DNA from: Desulfatiglandales bacterium
Lineage (GTDB): Bacteria; Desulfobacterota; DSM-4660; Desulfatiglandales; Desulfatiglandaceae
Direction of reading: 5' to 3'
DNA: 64,000 nucleotides
Assembly (NCBI GenBank): GCA_963662465.1
Contig: OY759599.1
Location: 672,001-736,000 of the forward strand
Position numbers and translations under genes: made by a program. Shown piece by piece: positions 54,608 through 64,000 of this stretch (positions are counted from its first letter, which is position 1; the number at the start of each line of letters is the position of its first letter). The notes below the pieces were generated by a model. It searched no databases. It saw nothing but the letters and a program-made list of their open reading frames with translations, and was not told where the DNA came from.

Positions 54608-55864
54608 CTATGATGTTTCATCCGGTATTTCGCCTGCTTTTTTTAAAGCGAATTTCGTAAGAATCGGACCAACGATCTCAAAGAAAATACAGGTTGTGGT
54701 GATCGTGGTCAGTACGACGGCGCCGATTGTCGCGGCGTGTGGCAGGCTATACTGTAGGTTGAGCTGAGAGAACTCCTGTTTGACAATGAGCGATAGGCCG
54801 ATTGCCACACCTGCCTGGGAGAGAATCCCCATGCCCACGTATTTTTTTACGTTCTTTTCGACGCGACCGAATGAGCCCCCAAGACGGGCGCCCCCAATCA
54901 GTCCCGCTGATCGTCCCAGTATGTAAACGGCGCCGATACTTCCCAAAGCAGGAATGCTCGATAGTCTCATGTTTGCGCCGGCGAGACAGAAAAACAGGAT
55001 GAACACCAGTGGCATAATTTCAAGCAGTGGGGCCGTTACACGTTGCACCAGCGCTTCACGCCGGCTGTTGACCAGCACAAATCCAATCATCATATTGGCC
55101 AGAATCAAAGACAGGCGCCAGCGTATTGACAATCCCGTGGTCAATAGAACGACGCCAAAAAGGAGGATCAGGATGTCTCGGGATTTTTGCATTCGAAGCA
55201 CCAGTTTGTAGAACAAAAATCCGATGACGCCACCCATTGCGAGACTTAAACCGATTTCCACCATTGGCGTCACCAGGGTGGGGAGGACGCTTGTGGCGGC
55301 GCCGGAACTCTCTTTGACGAGAAGGCTCTTTGCAAAGCCGGCGGCAAACCCGAAGATGATGATGGCCAGGCCATCGTCAAATCCCACGACGGCATAGAGG
55401 GCTTTTGTCAGGTTCCCCTTGGCTTTATACTCCTGAATAACGGCAACAGTGCCCGCCGGGGCACTGGCGGGGGCCATTGCGCCGAAGATGATAGATAAAG
55501 GCAGATCGCGGGTTAAAAGATATACAGCGGCGACAACCAAAAAAAAGGCCCCAAAAGATTCCGCGAAAATAATGGAGATGATCCCTGATCCCATGCGCTT
55601 CAGAGAAGACAAACTGAGTTCCGAACCAATAGTGAAGGCAACAAATCCCAGGGCGATCTCGGTTAGAAACGACAGATCCTCAATCATGGGTTCGTCAATA
55701 AGGTTTAGTATGGATGGCCCGAGGATGACGCCAAGAATCATATAGCCGACAAGTGACGGAAGTCTGATGCGCTGGGCAACACGGCCCACATAGAACCCGA
55801 CAATTGTCGCCAGTCCAAGGAGTGTTAACGCGGAAATATGCAAAAAGGAAAGATCTGTTTTCAT
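54608..55864 (-). CDS. Cation:proton antiporter (CPA family)
   Basis: Multiple TMs; LPSLVGY, GFDDGL, SQAGVAIGL. Confidence 0.9.
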   Translation of the reverse strand: MKTDLSFLHISALTLLGLATIVGFYVGRVAQRIRLPSLVGYMILGVILGPSILNLIDEPMIEDLSFLTEIALGFVAFTIGSELSLSSLKRMGSGIISIIFAESFGAFFLVVAAVYLLTRDLPLSIIFGAMAPASAPAGTVAVIQEYKAKGNLTKALYAVVGFDDGLAIIIFGFAAGFAKSLLVKESSGAATSVLPTLVTPMVEIGLSLAMGGVIGFLFYKLVLRMQKSRDILILLFGVVLLTTGLSIRWRLSLILANMMIGFVLVNSRREALVQRVTAPLLEIMPLVFILFFCLAGANMRLSSIPALGSIGAVYILGRSAGLIGGARLGGSFGRVEKNVKKYVGMGILSQAGVAIGLSLIVKQEFSQLNLQYSLPHAATIGAVVLTTITTTCIFFEIVGPILTKFALKKAGEIPDETS

Positions 55865-56079
55865 CAGGATAGGATCACTAAATTTTTAACCTTAAATGGC
55901 TACCGATTAATTCGATCAATGATTTCGGAACACTGTGCGCAATGGCCAAGTTATTCCATGTTGAAACATGCGCTGTAATTTCCTCAATGATATGATCAAT
56001 TTTCCGTTTTGTAAATATAGGACTTATTTGGGCATCTTCTGATAGCGCTTGACAATATTTTGCCCATATGAGATGAAGT

Positions 56080-58623
56080 TTGAAAAAATGCTTCGCCTCA
56101 TCATCTATTTCGCCAAGGTTCTCTATGACTTCAGTTGCGATGGCGCCAACGTATGGAAGCGCTCTTCTGAAACATTTACTTCTTTTTGCCGTATGTATAT
56201 TCTTTTCTCCCTTTAATTCCCACGCCCAGGTAACAATCGGAAATCCCCCCCTTCAGAAAAGCTCATTAAGTACCATTATCGTGGATGATTACTATCCCTA
56301 CGCCTTTGTAAATCAAAATGGAAATCCCGATGGTTTCAGTGTCGATTTGATCAGGGCCATTGCTCAAGAGATGAGATTTGATCTGAACATCCGTGTGGAC
56401 ACATGGGATCGGGCCCGTAACGCCCTAATAAGCGGGGAGATCCAGGTTCTTCCCATGATGGCCTATTCAAAGGATAGAGATCGGATTTTCGACTTCTCGG
56501 TCCCCCACACCATTGCCTATGACGCCTTTTTTACGAGAAAAAGCGACAGCAAAATAAGCACGCCTGATGACCTTCGCGGCAAAAAGGTTATTGTCATGAC
56601 GCATGACCAGGCCCATGATTATCTTCTGTCCTCCGGACTTGTGGAACCCCGGCAACTGATTCTGGTTGACAGTCTCCCCGAGGCCCTCAAGCAACTATCG
56701 TCAGGCAAAGCAGATGCCGCACTGATGCCCAAATTGGTGGGCTTGGTTTTGTCAAAAGAACTCAAGCTCAACAATCTCGCGTTATCACCCATTGTTGTTG
56801 AGGATTATAACAGACCCTTCAGCTTCGCGGTGGTGGATGGAAATAAAGCCGTTTTAGAAAAACTAAGCCAGGGATTGAGCATTTTAAAAACCTCCGGACA
56901 ATACGACAACCTCTATAAAAAGTGGTTTAGTGCCCTGGAACCGCCGGGTTTTTCCCTGAGTACCGTCCTGAAATACATTGGCGGAATAATCCTTGGCTTT
57001 ATGGCGATTGGATCTGTACTGATATTATGGTCCTTTTCCCTGAAGCGGCAGGTGACCTCACGAACAAGTGCCCTTGAGCAGGAAATGGTAGAACACCGTC
57101 AGGCGGAAGAAGCGCTACGGAAGAGTGAGGAGAAATATCGATCCATCCTTGAGAGCATAGAGGATGGGTATTATGAAGTTGACATGGATGGCAACTTCAC
57201 CTTTTTCAATGACTCGCTTTGCAGGATATACGGCTATCCCACCGAAGAATTAATGAAAATAAATATCCGGACAGCCACTGAGCAAAACGCTGAGAAACGG
57301 GGGTATCAGGTTTTCAAAAGGGTTTACCACACCGGACGCGCCGAAAAAGGGTTTGAATGGCCGGTGATCAGAAAAGACGGAACCAAAAGCGTTGTGGAAG
57401 CCTCCGTGACCCTGAGAAAAGATGCGGATGGGGAACCAATCGGATTCAGAGGCATTTTAAGGGATATTTCCGAAAAACGCAGACTTGAAGCCCAGCTTGT
57501 GAGAGCGCAAAAGATGGAGGCTCTGGGGACGCTATCTGGTGGCATCGCCCATGATTTCAATAACCTGCTGATGGCAATTCAGGGGCGCATCTCTATAATG
57601 CTGATGGACAAGGATGCTTTGCATCCGGATTTCGGACACCTGCAGTTGTTAGAGAAACACATTGAAAGCGCTGCAAATTTAACAAAACAACTCTTAGGCT
57701 TCGCCCGAGGTGGAAAATACGAGGTCAAGGCGACGGATTTAAACGGACTTATCAAAAATCAAAATCGCATGTTCGGCCGAACCAAGAAAGAAATCTCCAT
57801 TCATGGAACCTACGAAAAAAACCTTTGGACTGCGGAGGTTGACCGGGGACAGATGGAGCAGGTTCTGCTGAACCTCTATGTGAATGCCTGGCAGGCAATG
57901 CCATCCGGCGGTGATCTCTATATTCAGACACAAAACGTGACCCTTGATGAGCATTACATAAAGTCTTATCAGGTCAAACTGTGCAATTATATAAAAATAT
58001 CCGTCACCGATACAGGGGTCGGAATGGATAAAGCGACCCAGGAAAAGATCTTTGACCCATTTTTTACCACCAAAGAGATGAGCAGGGGCACCGGCCTGGG
58101 ATTGGCTTCGGCATACGGCATCATTAAGAATCACGGTGGATTAATTAATGTTTACAGTGAAAAAGGGCATGGCGCCACCTTTAACATCTATCTGCCCGCT
58201 TCTGAAAAGGACGTTATGGAAGAGGAGAAATCGGTGGGCGGCCCATTGGGAGGATCTGAGACGGTCCTTTTCGTGGACGATGAGGATATCATCATTGAAA
58301 TTGCAGTGGAACTGTTGGCGCACATCGGTTATCAAGTATTGAAAGCTGGCAGCGGAAAAGAAGCGATTGCCATATATGAAGCGAACAAGGAACAAATTGA
58401 CATCGTCATTTTGGACATGATCATGCCGAACATGAGTGGGAGCGATACCTTCGATGCCCTGAAACAGATAAACCCTCGGGTCAAAGTTATTCTTTCCAGT
58501 GGATACAGCATCAATGGGCACGCCACCGACATCATGGATCGAGGCTGTGACGGCTTTATTCAGAAACCTTTTAAAATGAAAGAACTGTCGGAAAAACTGA
58601 GGGGGGTTCTGGACCGTAAATAA
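56080..58623 (+). CDS. Hybrid sensor kinase with periplasmic solute-binding, PAS, HisKA/HATPase and REC domains
   Basis: [38 protein letters not shown]; start uncertain. Confidence 0.92.
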   Translation: MKKCFASSSISPRFSMTSVAMAPTYGSALLKHLLLFAVCIFFSPFNSHAQVTIGNPPLQKSSLSTIIVDDYYPYAFVNQNGNPDGFSVDLIRAIAQEMRFDLNIRVDTWDRARNALISGEIQVLPMMAYSKDRDRIFDFSVPHTIAYDAFFTRKSDSKISTPDDLRGKKVIVMTHDQAHDYLLSSGLVEPRQLILVDSLPEALKQLSSGKADAALMPKLVGLVLSKELKLNNLALSPIVVEDYNRPFSFAVVDGNKAVLEKLSQGLSILKTSGQYDNLYKKWFSALEPPGFSLSTVLKYIGGIILGFMAIGSVLILWSFSLKRQVTSRTSALEQEMVEHRQAEEALRKSEEKYRSILESIEDGYYEVDMDGNFTFFNDSLCRIYGYPTEELMKINIRTATEQNAEKRGYQVFKRVYHTGRAEKGFEWPVIRKDGTKSVVEASVTLRKDADGEPIGFRGILRDISEKRRLEAQLVRAQKMEALGTLSGGIAHDFNNLLMAIQGRISIMLMDKDALHPDFGHLQLLEKHIESAANLTKQLLGFARGGKYEVKATDLNGLIKNQNRMFGRTKKEISIHGTYEKNLWTAEVDRGQMEQVLLNLYVNAWQAMPSGGDLYIQTQNVTLDEHYIKSYQVKLCNYIKISVTDTGVGMDKATQEKIFDPFFTTKEMSRGTGLGLASAYGIIKNHGGLINVYSEKGHGATFNIYLPASEKDVMEEEKSVGGPLGGSETVLFVDDEDIIIEIAVELLAHIGYQVLKAGSGKEAIAIYEANKEQIDIVILDMIMPNMSGSDTFDALKQINPRVKVILSSGYSINGHATDIMDRGCDGFIQKPFKMKELSEKLRGVLDRK

Positions 58624-58650
58624 ACGACGACATAATTGCAACTCCCTCCG

Positions 58651-59850
58651 CTATGACACCGGAATTTCCGATTCCGGGCTCCCGGAACCCGCACGAATTT
58701 TGAAGTCCTCTTTTCGAAGATAATATTTTTTCATTAATTTGTGCAGCTGACGGGTCGTAATCCCGGCCACCTGGGCAGCGGGTTTCAGCTTTCCGGCTGA
58801 ATTTGACAGCAACTCCTTCAAATAGGCCTTTTCAGCCTCTTCAACAACCCTGCGCCGCATTTCAGACAACGTTTTGGAGGCATCCATGGGCAACATTGGA
58901 GGGGAATCCCCAAAGCCTGAAACCTCATCGGGAAAATCGTATTCGGTAAGGGCGGGCGGACTTCCCAGAATGTAGGCCCGCTCCATGAGGTTTTCAAGTT
59001 CCCGGATATTCCCCGGCCATGCGTAGGTTTTTAACCCTTCCATAACCTTTTCATCAATGGAAAGGATGCCTTTCTGGCCTTTGGTTTCCTGCCGTTTGAG
59101 AAAAAGCATGGCAAGCTGCGGAATATCTTCCACCCGTGCGCTGAGTGGCGGGATCTCGATGGGAAACACATTCAGTCGATAGTAAAGGTCCTTTCTGAAT
59201 TCGCCCATCCGGCACATTTCGTCCAATCCCGCATTGGTGGCCGAAATCACGCGAACATCCACATGGATGGTTTCTTCCCCGCCCACCCGTTGAAAGACGC
59301 CATCCTGAAGAACATGAAGCAGCTTGATTTGCGCTGCGGGGGTCAGGGTGCCTACTTCATCCAGAAATATGGTGCCGCCGTCGGCCATTTCGAATTTGCC
59401 CAGCTTTTTCCGAATGGCCCCGGTAAAAGCGCCTTTTTCATGGCCGAAGAGTTCGCTCTCCAACAGTGTGTCAGGAATGGCGCCGCAATGGACGCTGATA
59501 AACTGGTTATCTCCGCGGTTGCTGTGGGTATGGATAATCCTGGCCAGAAGACCCTTTCCGGTTCCCGTTTCCCCGGAAAGCAGAACCGTACTCCGGGTCG
59601 GGGCCACGGAACGAATCATCTCAAAAACTTTTCGCATGCGTGCATTCTGGGTCCGAATATCCTCCAGGGATTCGGTTTGCCAGAATCGGTCCCGAAGATA
59701 ATCCAGTTCGGACTCCATTTGTAGAAGTTCCTTGCTGCCCTTGACGCCCTCGACACGGTAACCCGGCCCGAGGGCCTCCTTGATCTTCCGTACAACCGCC
59801 GAATCGGCGCCGGCAACAGTAACCGCTTTCATCAGGTGCCTCATGTTCAA
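58651..59850 (-). CDS. sigma54-dependent enhancer-binding protein with shortened N-terminal (receiver) region
   Basis: GETGTGK, ESELFGHEKGAFTGA, FLDEVG, WPGNIREL, Fis-type HTH. Confidence 0.9.
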   Translation of the reverse strand: MNMRHLMKAVTVAGADSAVVRKIKEALGPGYRVEGVKGSKELLQMESELDYLRDRFWQTESLEDIRTQNARMRKVFEMIRSVAPTRSTVLLSGETGTGKGLLARIIHTHSNRGDNQFISVHCGAIPDTLLESELFGHEKGAFTGAIRKKLGKFEMADGGTIFLDEVGTLTPAAQIKLLHVLQDGVFQRVGGEETIHVDVRVISATNAGLDEMCRMGEFRKDLYYRLNVFPIEIPPLSARVEDIPQLAMLFLKRQETKGQKGILSIDEKVMEGLKTYAWPGNIRELENLMERAYILGSPPALTEYDFPDEVSGFGDSPPMLPMDASKTLSEMRRRVVEEAEKAYLKELLSNSAGKLKPAAQVAGITTRQLHKLMKKYYLRKEDFKIRAGSGSPESEIPVS

Positions 59851-60055
59851 TAAAGTTTAAAATATTTTTTCAAAAATAAGAATAACCATATTTTTAATCG
59901 ATTGAGCTATAGCAAAAGGTTTTACCGAAGTCAACGTTTCAGGAAAAGATCATCGAAAACCAATAGTATGCTACAATCTACTTCACAACAATACCGCATT
60001 GTGATAAAAATTTGATAATTTTTGTCATTTAAAAATATTTCCAGCAGAGGGACGT

Positions 60056-62740
60056 ATGAGCATTCACAATCTTGAAAGAATCTTCAAGCCAACATCCCTG
60101 ACGGTTATCGGAGCCGGCGAAAGGCCGGACAGCATCGGTGGTTCCGTCATGAAAAATATCCTGGACGGCGGCTACAAGGGGAGGATTTTTCCAGTAAATC
60201 CAAAACATAAGACCATTTGCGGGTTAAAAGCGTATGGTTCCGTCCGAGACATTGACCACGCCGTTGATCTGGCCATCATCGCCACCCCTATCGTGAAAGT
60301 CCCTGTCATCATTCGGGAATGCGTCAAGACAAAAATTGGCGGCGCCATCGTTCTGTCCGCAGGCGGCAAGGAGATCGGTGAAAAGGGGCGGGAGGTCGAA
60401 GCGGAAATCCAAAAGGAGGCGGCCCGGGGAGACATCCGCATCATCGGACCCAACTGCATGGGGATCATCTCCGCCAAGGCCCTGCTCAACGCCAGTTTCT
60501 CAAGTTTGATGCCGCTGGCCGGGAAAATGGCCTTCGTTTCCCAGAGCGGCGCCATCTGCGCCGCAATCCTCGATCTTTCCATTAAGGAGGGGATCGGCTT
60601 CAGCCATTTTGTGAGCATTGGTTCTATGCTGGACGTGGATTTCGGTGATCTCATCAACTACCTGGGAGATGATCCCGAGGTCAAAAGCATTGTCCTGTAC
60701 ATCGAAAGCCTGACTCACGCGAGAAAGTTCATGAGCGCGGCACGGGCTATCTCCAGGGTCAAACCCATCGTTTTGCTGAAATCAGGGCGGTCCCGAGCCG
60801 GGGCCGCGGCCGCATCAAGTCACACCGGGGCCCTTGCGGGGGAGGATGTGATCTATGACGCGGCCTTTAAACGGGCGGGCATCCAGCGGGTGGACACCAT
60901 CAGCGAACTGTTCGACTGTGCCGAATTGATGGCCAAGCAGCCCCTCCCCGCAGGTCCGGGTCTGGGCATTATCACCAACGGCGGGGGACCGGGCGTTATG
61001 GCGGCGGACGCCATGTCCACTCACGGCATCGAACCGGTCAATCTTTCCCCGGAAACCCTTCGGAACCTTAACGATATTCTGCCGCCCTTCTGGAGCCGAT
61101 CCAATCCCGTGGATATCCTGGGGGACGCCTCCCCCGAGCGGTGGAAGCAGGCCATAAATACGTGTCTTTCCGCCCGGGAAATCCATGCCCTGGTGATCAT
61201 CTTCGTACCCCAGGCCCTGAGCAGCGGAACCGCTGTGGCTAAGGCCGTTTCCGAATTGATCCGGTCAAGACCCTGCCCCCCCATATTCGCCGTATGGATG
61301 GGAGGAGAAAGCGTTGAAGAGGGTCGCGCGATTCTCAACCGGGAAGGCATTCCCACCTACGACACACCGGAAAGGGCCGTTGCTGCATTTGTTCACATGT
61401 ATGCGTACAAACGAAACCTGGAATTGCTTCAGGAGACCCCCCCCCGAATGCACCGGACCTTAACCTTTAATCGGGAAAAAGCACGGAAGATTGTGGACGA
61501 GGCCCTTAAAAGCGGCGGCGACCTTCTCACGGAAGTGGCATCCAAATCCCTGTTTGACGCCTACGGCATACCCGTGAACCCCACGGAAGTGGCCGAAAAT
61601 GAAGCTCAGGCCCTGGCCCTGGCCCAGCGCTTAGGCTATCCCGTGGTCATGAAAATCCATTCAAGGGATATTTCCCACAAATCCGATGCCGGCGGGGTTC
61701 AACTGAATCTTCGTTCTGAAAAGGGCGTTCAAACCGCCTGGCGGGAAATTCTTAAAAACGCTCAAGAATACAACCCGAAAGCGGAAATCCTGGGGGTCTC
61801 CATTCAACCCATGGCCACACAATACGACTATGAGGTGATCCTGGGCAGCAAGCAGGACCCCCTCTTCGGCCCGGTCATTCTTTTCGGCATGGGGGGCATC
61901 ATGACCGAAATTCTGAAGGATCAGGCCATTGCCCTGCCGCCCCTGAACCGGCTGCTGGCCCGGCGGCTCATGGAAAGCACCAAGGTTTACCAAATGCTGA
62001 AAGGGTATCGAAACCGGCCCTCCGCCAGGCTGGATCTTTTGGAAGAGACCCTGATCCGCCTGTCGCAACTGGTGTCTGACTTTCCGGAAATTGCGGAACT
62101 TGACATCAACCCCATGATCCTCGGCGGAGACCGCATCTGCGCCGTGGACGGGCGGGTCGTCATCAAGCCGTCGAAGGTCCCAAGCCCTCACCACCTGGTA
62201 ATCAGTCCCTATCCCAACCAGTACGAGATCACCACAACCACCCGGGGAGGCGTCGCACTGCTGGTCCGTCCCATCAAGCCGGAAGACGCCCCCCTCCTCC
62301 AGGACCTGTTTGAATCCCTGTCCCGGGAGAGCGTCTATTACCGATTTTTTTCACCGCTTAAATCCCTTTCCCGCAAGATGCTGGTGGTCTTTACCCAAAT
62401 CGATTACGACCAGGACATGGCCCTGGTTGCCATGGATACATCCGACACCGAAGAGAAAATACTGGGCGTGTCGCGGCTCATGCGAAAACCCGGCGGCATG
62501 GAAGCGGAATTCGCCGTGGTGGTGAGAGACGTCTGGCAGGGAAAGGGGATCGGCGCTACCCTCATGAAGCACCTGCTCTTCATTGCCGAAGAACAGTCTC
62601 TGGACGCTGTTTGGGGAACGATTCTACCCGAGAACCGGCAGATGGTGAACCTGTCAAAAAAAATGGGCTTCGAAATTCATCAAGACCCGAAAGAGCATGC
62701 CTATGACGTCAGAATCGACTTGAAGAAGCGCCGGCCTTAA
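60056..62740 (+). CDS. Acetate-CoA ligase (NDP-forming)-like/GNAT fusion, Pat-type protein lysine acetyltransferase
   Basis: IGPNCMG, SQSGA, SHTGALAG, ATP-grasp HKSDAGGV, GNAT WQGKGIG. Confidence 0.92.
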   Translation: MSIHNLERIFKPTSLTVIGAGERPDSIGGSVMKNILDGGYKGRIFPVNPKHKTICGLKAYGSVRDIDHAVDLAIIATPIVKVPVIIRECVKTKIGGAIVLSAGGKEIGEKGREVEAEIQKEAARGDIRIIGPNCMGIISAKALLNASFSSLMPLAGKMAFVSQSGAICAAILDLSIKEGIGFSHFVSIGSMLDVDFGDLINYLGDDPEVKSIVLYIESLTHARKFMSAARAISRVKPIVLLKSGRSRAGAAAASSHTGALAGEDVIYDAAFKRAGIQRVDTISELFDCAELMAKQPLPAGPGLGIITNGGGPGVMAADAMSTHGIEPVNLSPETLRNLNDILPPFWSRSNPVDILGDASPERWKQAINTCLSAREIHALVIIFVPQALSSGTAVAKAVSELIRSRPCPPIFAVWMGGESVEEGRAILNREGIPTYDTPERAVAAFVHMYAYKRNLELLQETPPRMHRTLTFNREKARKIVDEALKSGGDLLTEVASKSLFDAYGIPVNPTEVAENEAQALALAQRLGYPVVMKIHSRDISHKSDAGGVQLNLRSEKGVQTAWREILKNAQEYNPKAEILGVSIQPMATQYDYEVILGSKQDPLFGPVILFGMGGIMTEILKDQAIALPPLNRLLARRLMESTKVYQMLKGYRNRPSARLDLLEETLIRLSQLVSDFPEIAELDINPMILGGDRICAVDGRVVIKPSKVPSPHHLVISPYPNQYEITTTTRGGVALLVRPIKPEDAPLLQDLFESLSRESVYYRFFSPLKSLSRKMLVVFTQIDYDQDMALVAMDTSDTEEKILGVSRLMRKPGGMEAEFAVVVRDVWQGKGIGATLMKHLLFIAEEQSLDAVWGTILPENRQMVNLSKKMGFEIHQDPKEHAYDVRIDLKKRRP

Positions 62741-62756
62741 GCCGGCCTTTGGTGAA

Positions 62757-63134
62757 TCAGGCTTCCATAATGGAGACTTTATATTGCTTTAAGTGGCTAT
62801 CATGTGTCACAAGGGTAAAGCCTTCTACTTTCGCTTGGGCCACGAGCATTCTGTCAAACGGGTCTCTGTGATGCATTGGAAGGTCTTTCACGGCATGTGC
62901 ATGTTCAACAGTGATATCCAGTGTTTGAAAGGGCTGACGTTCTAACACCCGCTTAAAATTTCGGGGGATTTCCAGTTTCCCCACCGCTTCTTTGATCCTT
63001 ATTTCCCAAATTACCACGGCACTGACAAAAACCGGATTTTTTCCGTCGGCAATTGCAGTCCGTGATTTTTTTGAAAGCGTAGGATGATCGTTGAGCCACC
63101 ATAAAAGGACATGGGTATCAAGCAAAAGATTCAT
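62757..63134 (-). CDS. vapC: VapC/PIN domain toxin
   Basis: LLLDTHVLLWW, WEI, HRDPFDRML. Confidence 0.93.
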   Translation of the reverse strand: MNLLLDTHVLLWWLNDHPTLSKKSRTAIADGKNPVFVSAVVIWEIRIKEAVGKLEIPRNFKRVLERQPFQTLDITVEHAHAVKDLPMHHRDPFDRMLVAQAKVEGFTLVTHDSHLKQYKVSIMEA

Positions 63135-63370
63135 GGGTCCACCATGCCGAAGGCATCTGCAATGTCCGCGGGTAGTTCATCGAAATCATCGGCTATCTTG
63201 ATTTTTCCCCTTAATGCGCCGGGCTGACGCGGTTTTTCGCTTTGTTCATACCTCACTAGCTTTACAACCGGTTTTCCAGCCTTACCAATGATCACTTCCT
63301 GTCCAGCCATGACCTTCTCCACAAGTGCCGACAACTGGGCTTTTGCCTCTGAAATATTGGTTATTAGCAT
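63131..63370 (-). CDS. Phd/YefM family antitoxin
   Basis: NISEAKAQLS, GKPVVKL, DDFDE; overlaps vapC. Confidence 0.92.
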   Translation of the reverse strand: MLITNISEAKAQLSALVEKVMAGQEVIIGKAGKPVVKLVRYEQSEKPRQPGALRGKIKIADDFDELPADIADAFGMVDP

Positions 63371-63475
63371 CACAACCACCTCCTGAGATGTAGTTTGACC
63401 AGGTTTGGCCGGAAAGTCAATTTCTTTCCCCCTCCTACGCGCCGCATACCAACCTATGAGGATGTTCTACGTTCA

Positions 63476-64000
63476 TCAAGGGGCGGACACCTTTTCCAGG
63501 TCCTTAATCTTCTGGTGGATATTTCGTATGCGTGCGCTCAAGACCCTGGCAATGTGAAGGGCGATCTGAGGATATTCCTGAACAATCCGTGTGAAGTCCC
63601 GTTTCCGCAGAACCAGAAAACGAGCGGGACCCACAGTTTGAATGGTGGCGGATCGAGGGGCATCTTCCAGAAGGGCCATCTCGCCAAAATATTCGCCGCT
63701 GCCGATGCGGGCAATCTCAACACCCAGGTTCCTTTCACCACTTTTCGACTTGGAGACGGATACTTCCCCCTCAACCACCAGGTACAGGGCATCCCCCGGT
63801 TCCCCTTCCCTGAAGACCGCCACTCCCGCTAAACAGGCAACCTCCTTGACTATGGCGCCAATGGCCGCCAGCGCACTTACATGAAGCCCCTCAAAAACCG
63901 CGATCTTTCTCAACTGAAAGATCTGCTCTGTAAGATCCGTTCCCGGACCTTCTTCCACCCCTGTTTCGCCCCCTGTTTCGACCCCTTCCCGGAACCACGC
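63476..64000 (-). CDS. Protein with C-terminal cyclic-nucleotide-binding domain (5' part outside window)
   Basis: FREGEPGDALY, FGEMALL, PRSAT; frame open to the window edge. Confidence 0.85.
   Translation of the reverse strand, partial: AWFREGVETGGETGVEEGPGTDLTEQIFQLRKIAVFEGLHVSALAAIGAIVKEVACLAGVAVFREGEPGDALYLVVEGEVSVSKSKSGERNLGVEIARIGSGEYFGEMALLEDAPRSATIQTVGPARFLVLRKRDFTRIVQEYPQIALHIARVLSARIRNIHQKIKDLEKVSAP

Noticed and set aside
63958..63985. CCCCTGTTTCG duplication at the window end
   Set aside because: In-frame 12-bp-period repeat encoding a low-complexity linker (ETGG/ETGV).

Overview
64 kb of a bacterial chromosome; gene content suggests an anaerobic Desulfobacterota (deltaproteobacterial) organism, which is an inference. 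In order it holds: the 3' part of a molybdopterin aldehyde oxidoreductase; a TetR-regulated CoA-dependent beta-oxidation/catabolic cluster (3.4-16.8 kb); an RND efflux operon; kdnAB (Kdo8N LPS modification); a long ion/osmotic homeostasis region (CNNM, two MscS, a GluR0-like K+ channel, MgtE, Na/Pi symporter, a CdaA-YbbR diadenylate cyclase fusion, CBS protein plus cation:H+ antiporter, glucosylglycerate synthase-like GT and glgA); signalling genes (CheB-CheR-PAS, hybrid kinases, a sigma54 activator, a Pat-type acetyltransferase); three toxin-antitoxin pairs; a Fic gene; and IS remnants. Many genes are pseudogenes with frameshifts or clean internal deletions. No rRNA, tRNA or CRISPR array was seen. 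The best leads are a putative c-di-AMP-centred ion/osmostress island, an operon of a degenerate P-loop/wHTH protein with three channels, a candidate sigma54-dependent small RNA, and an 11-bp repeat array upstream of the Fic gene. All family calls come from motif recognition; no database searches were run.
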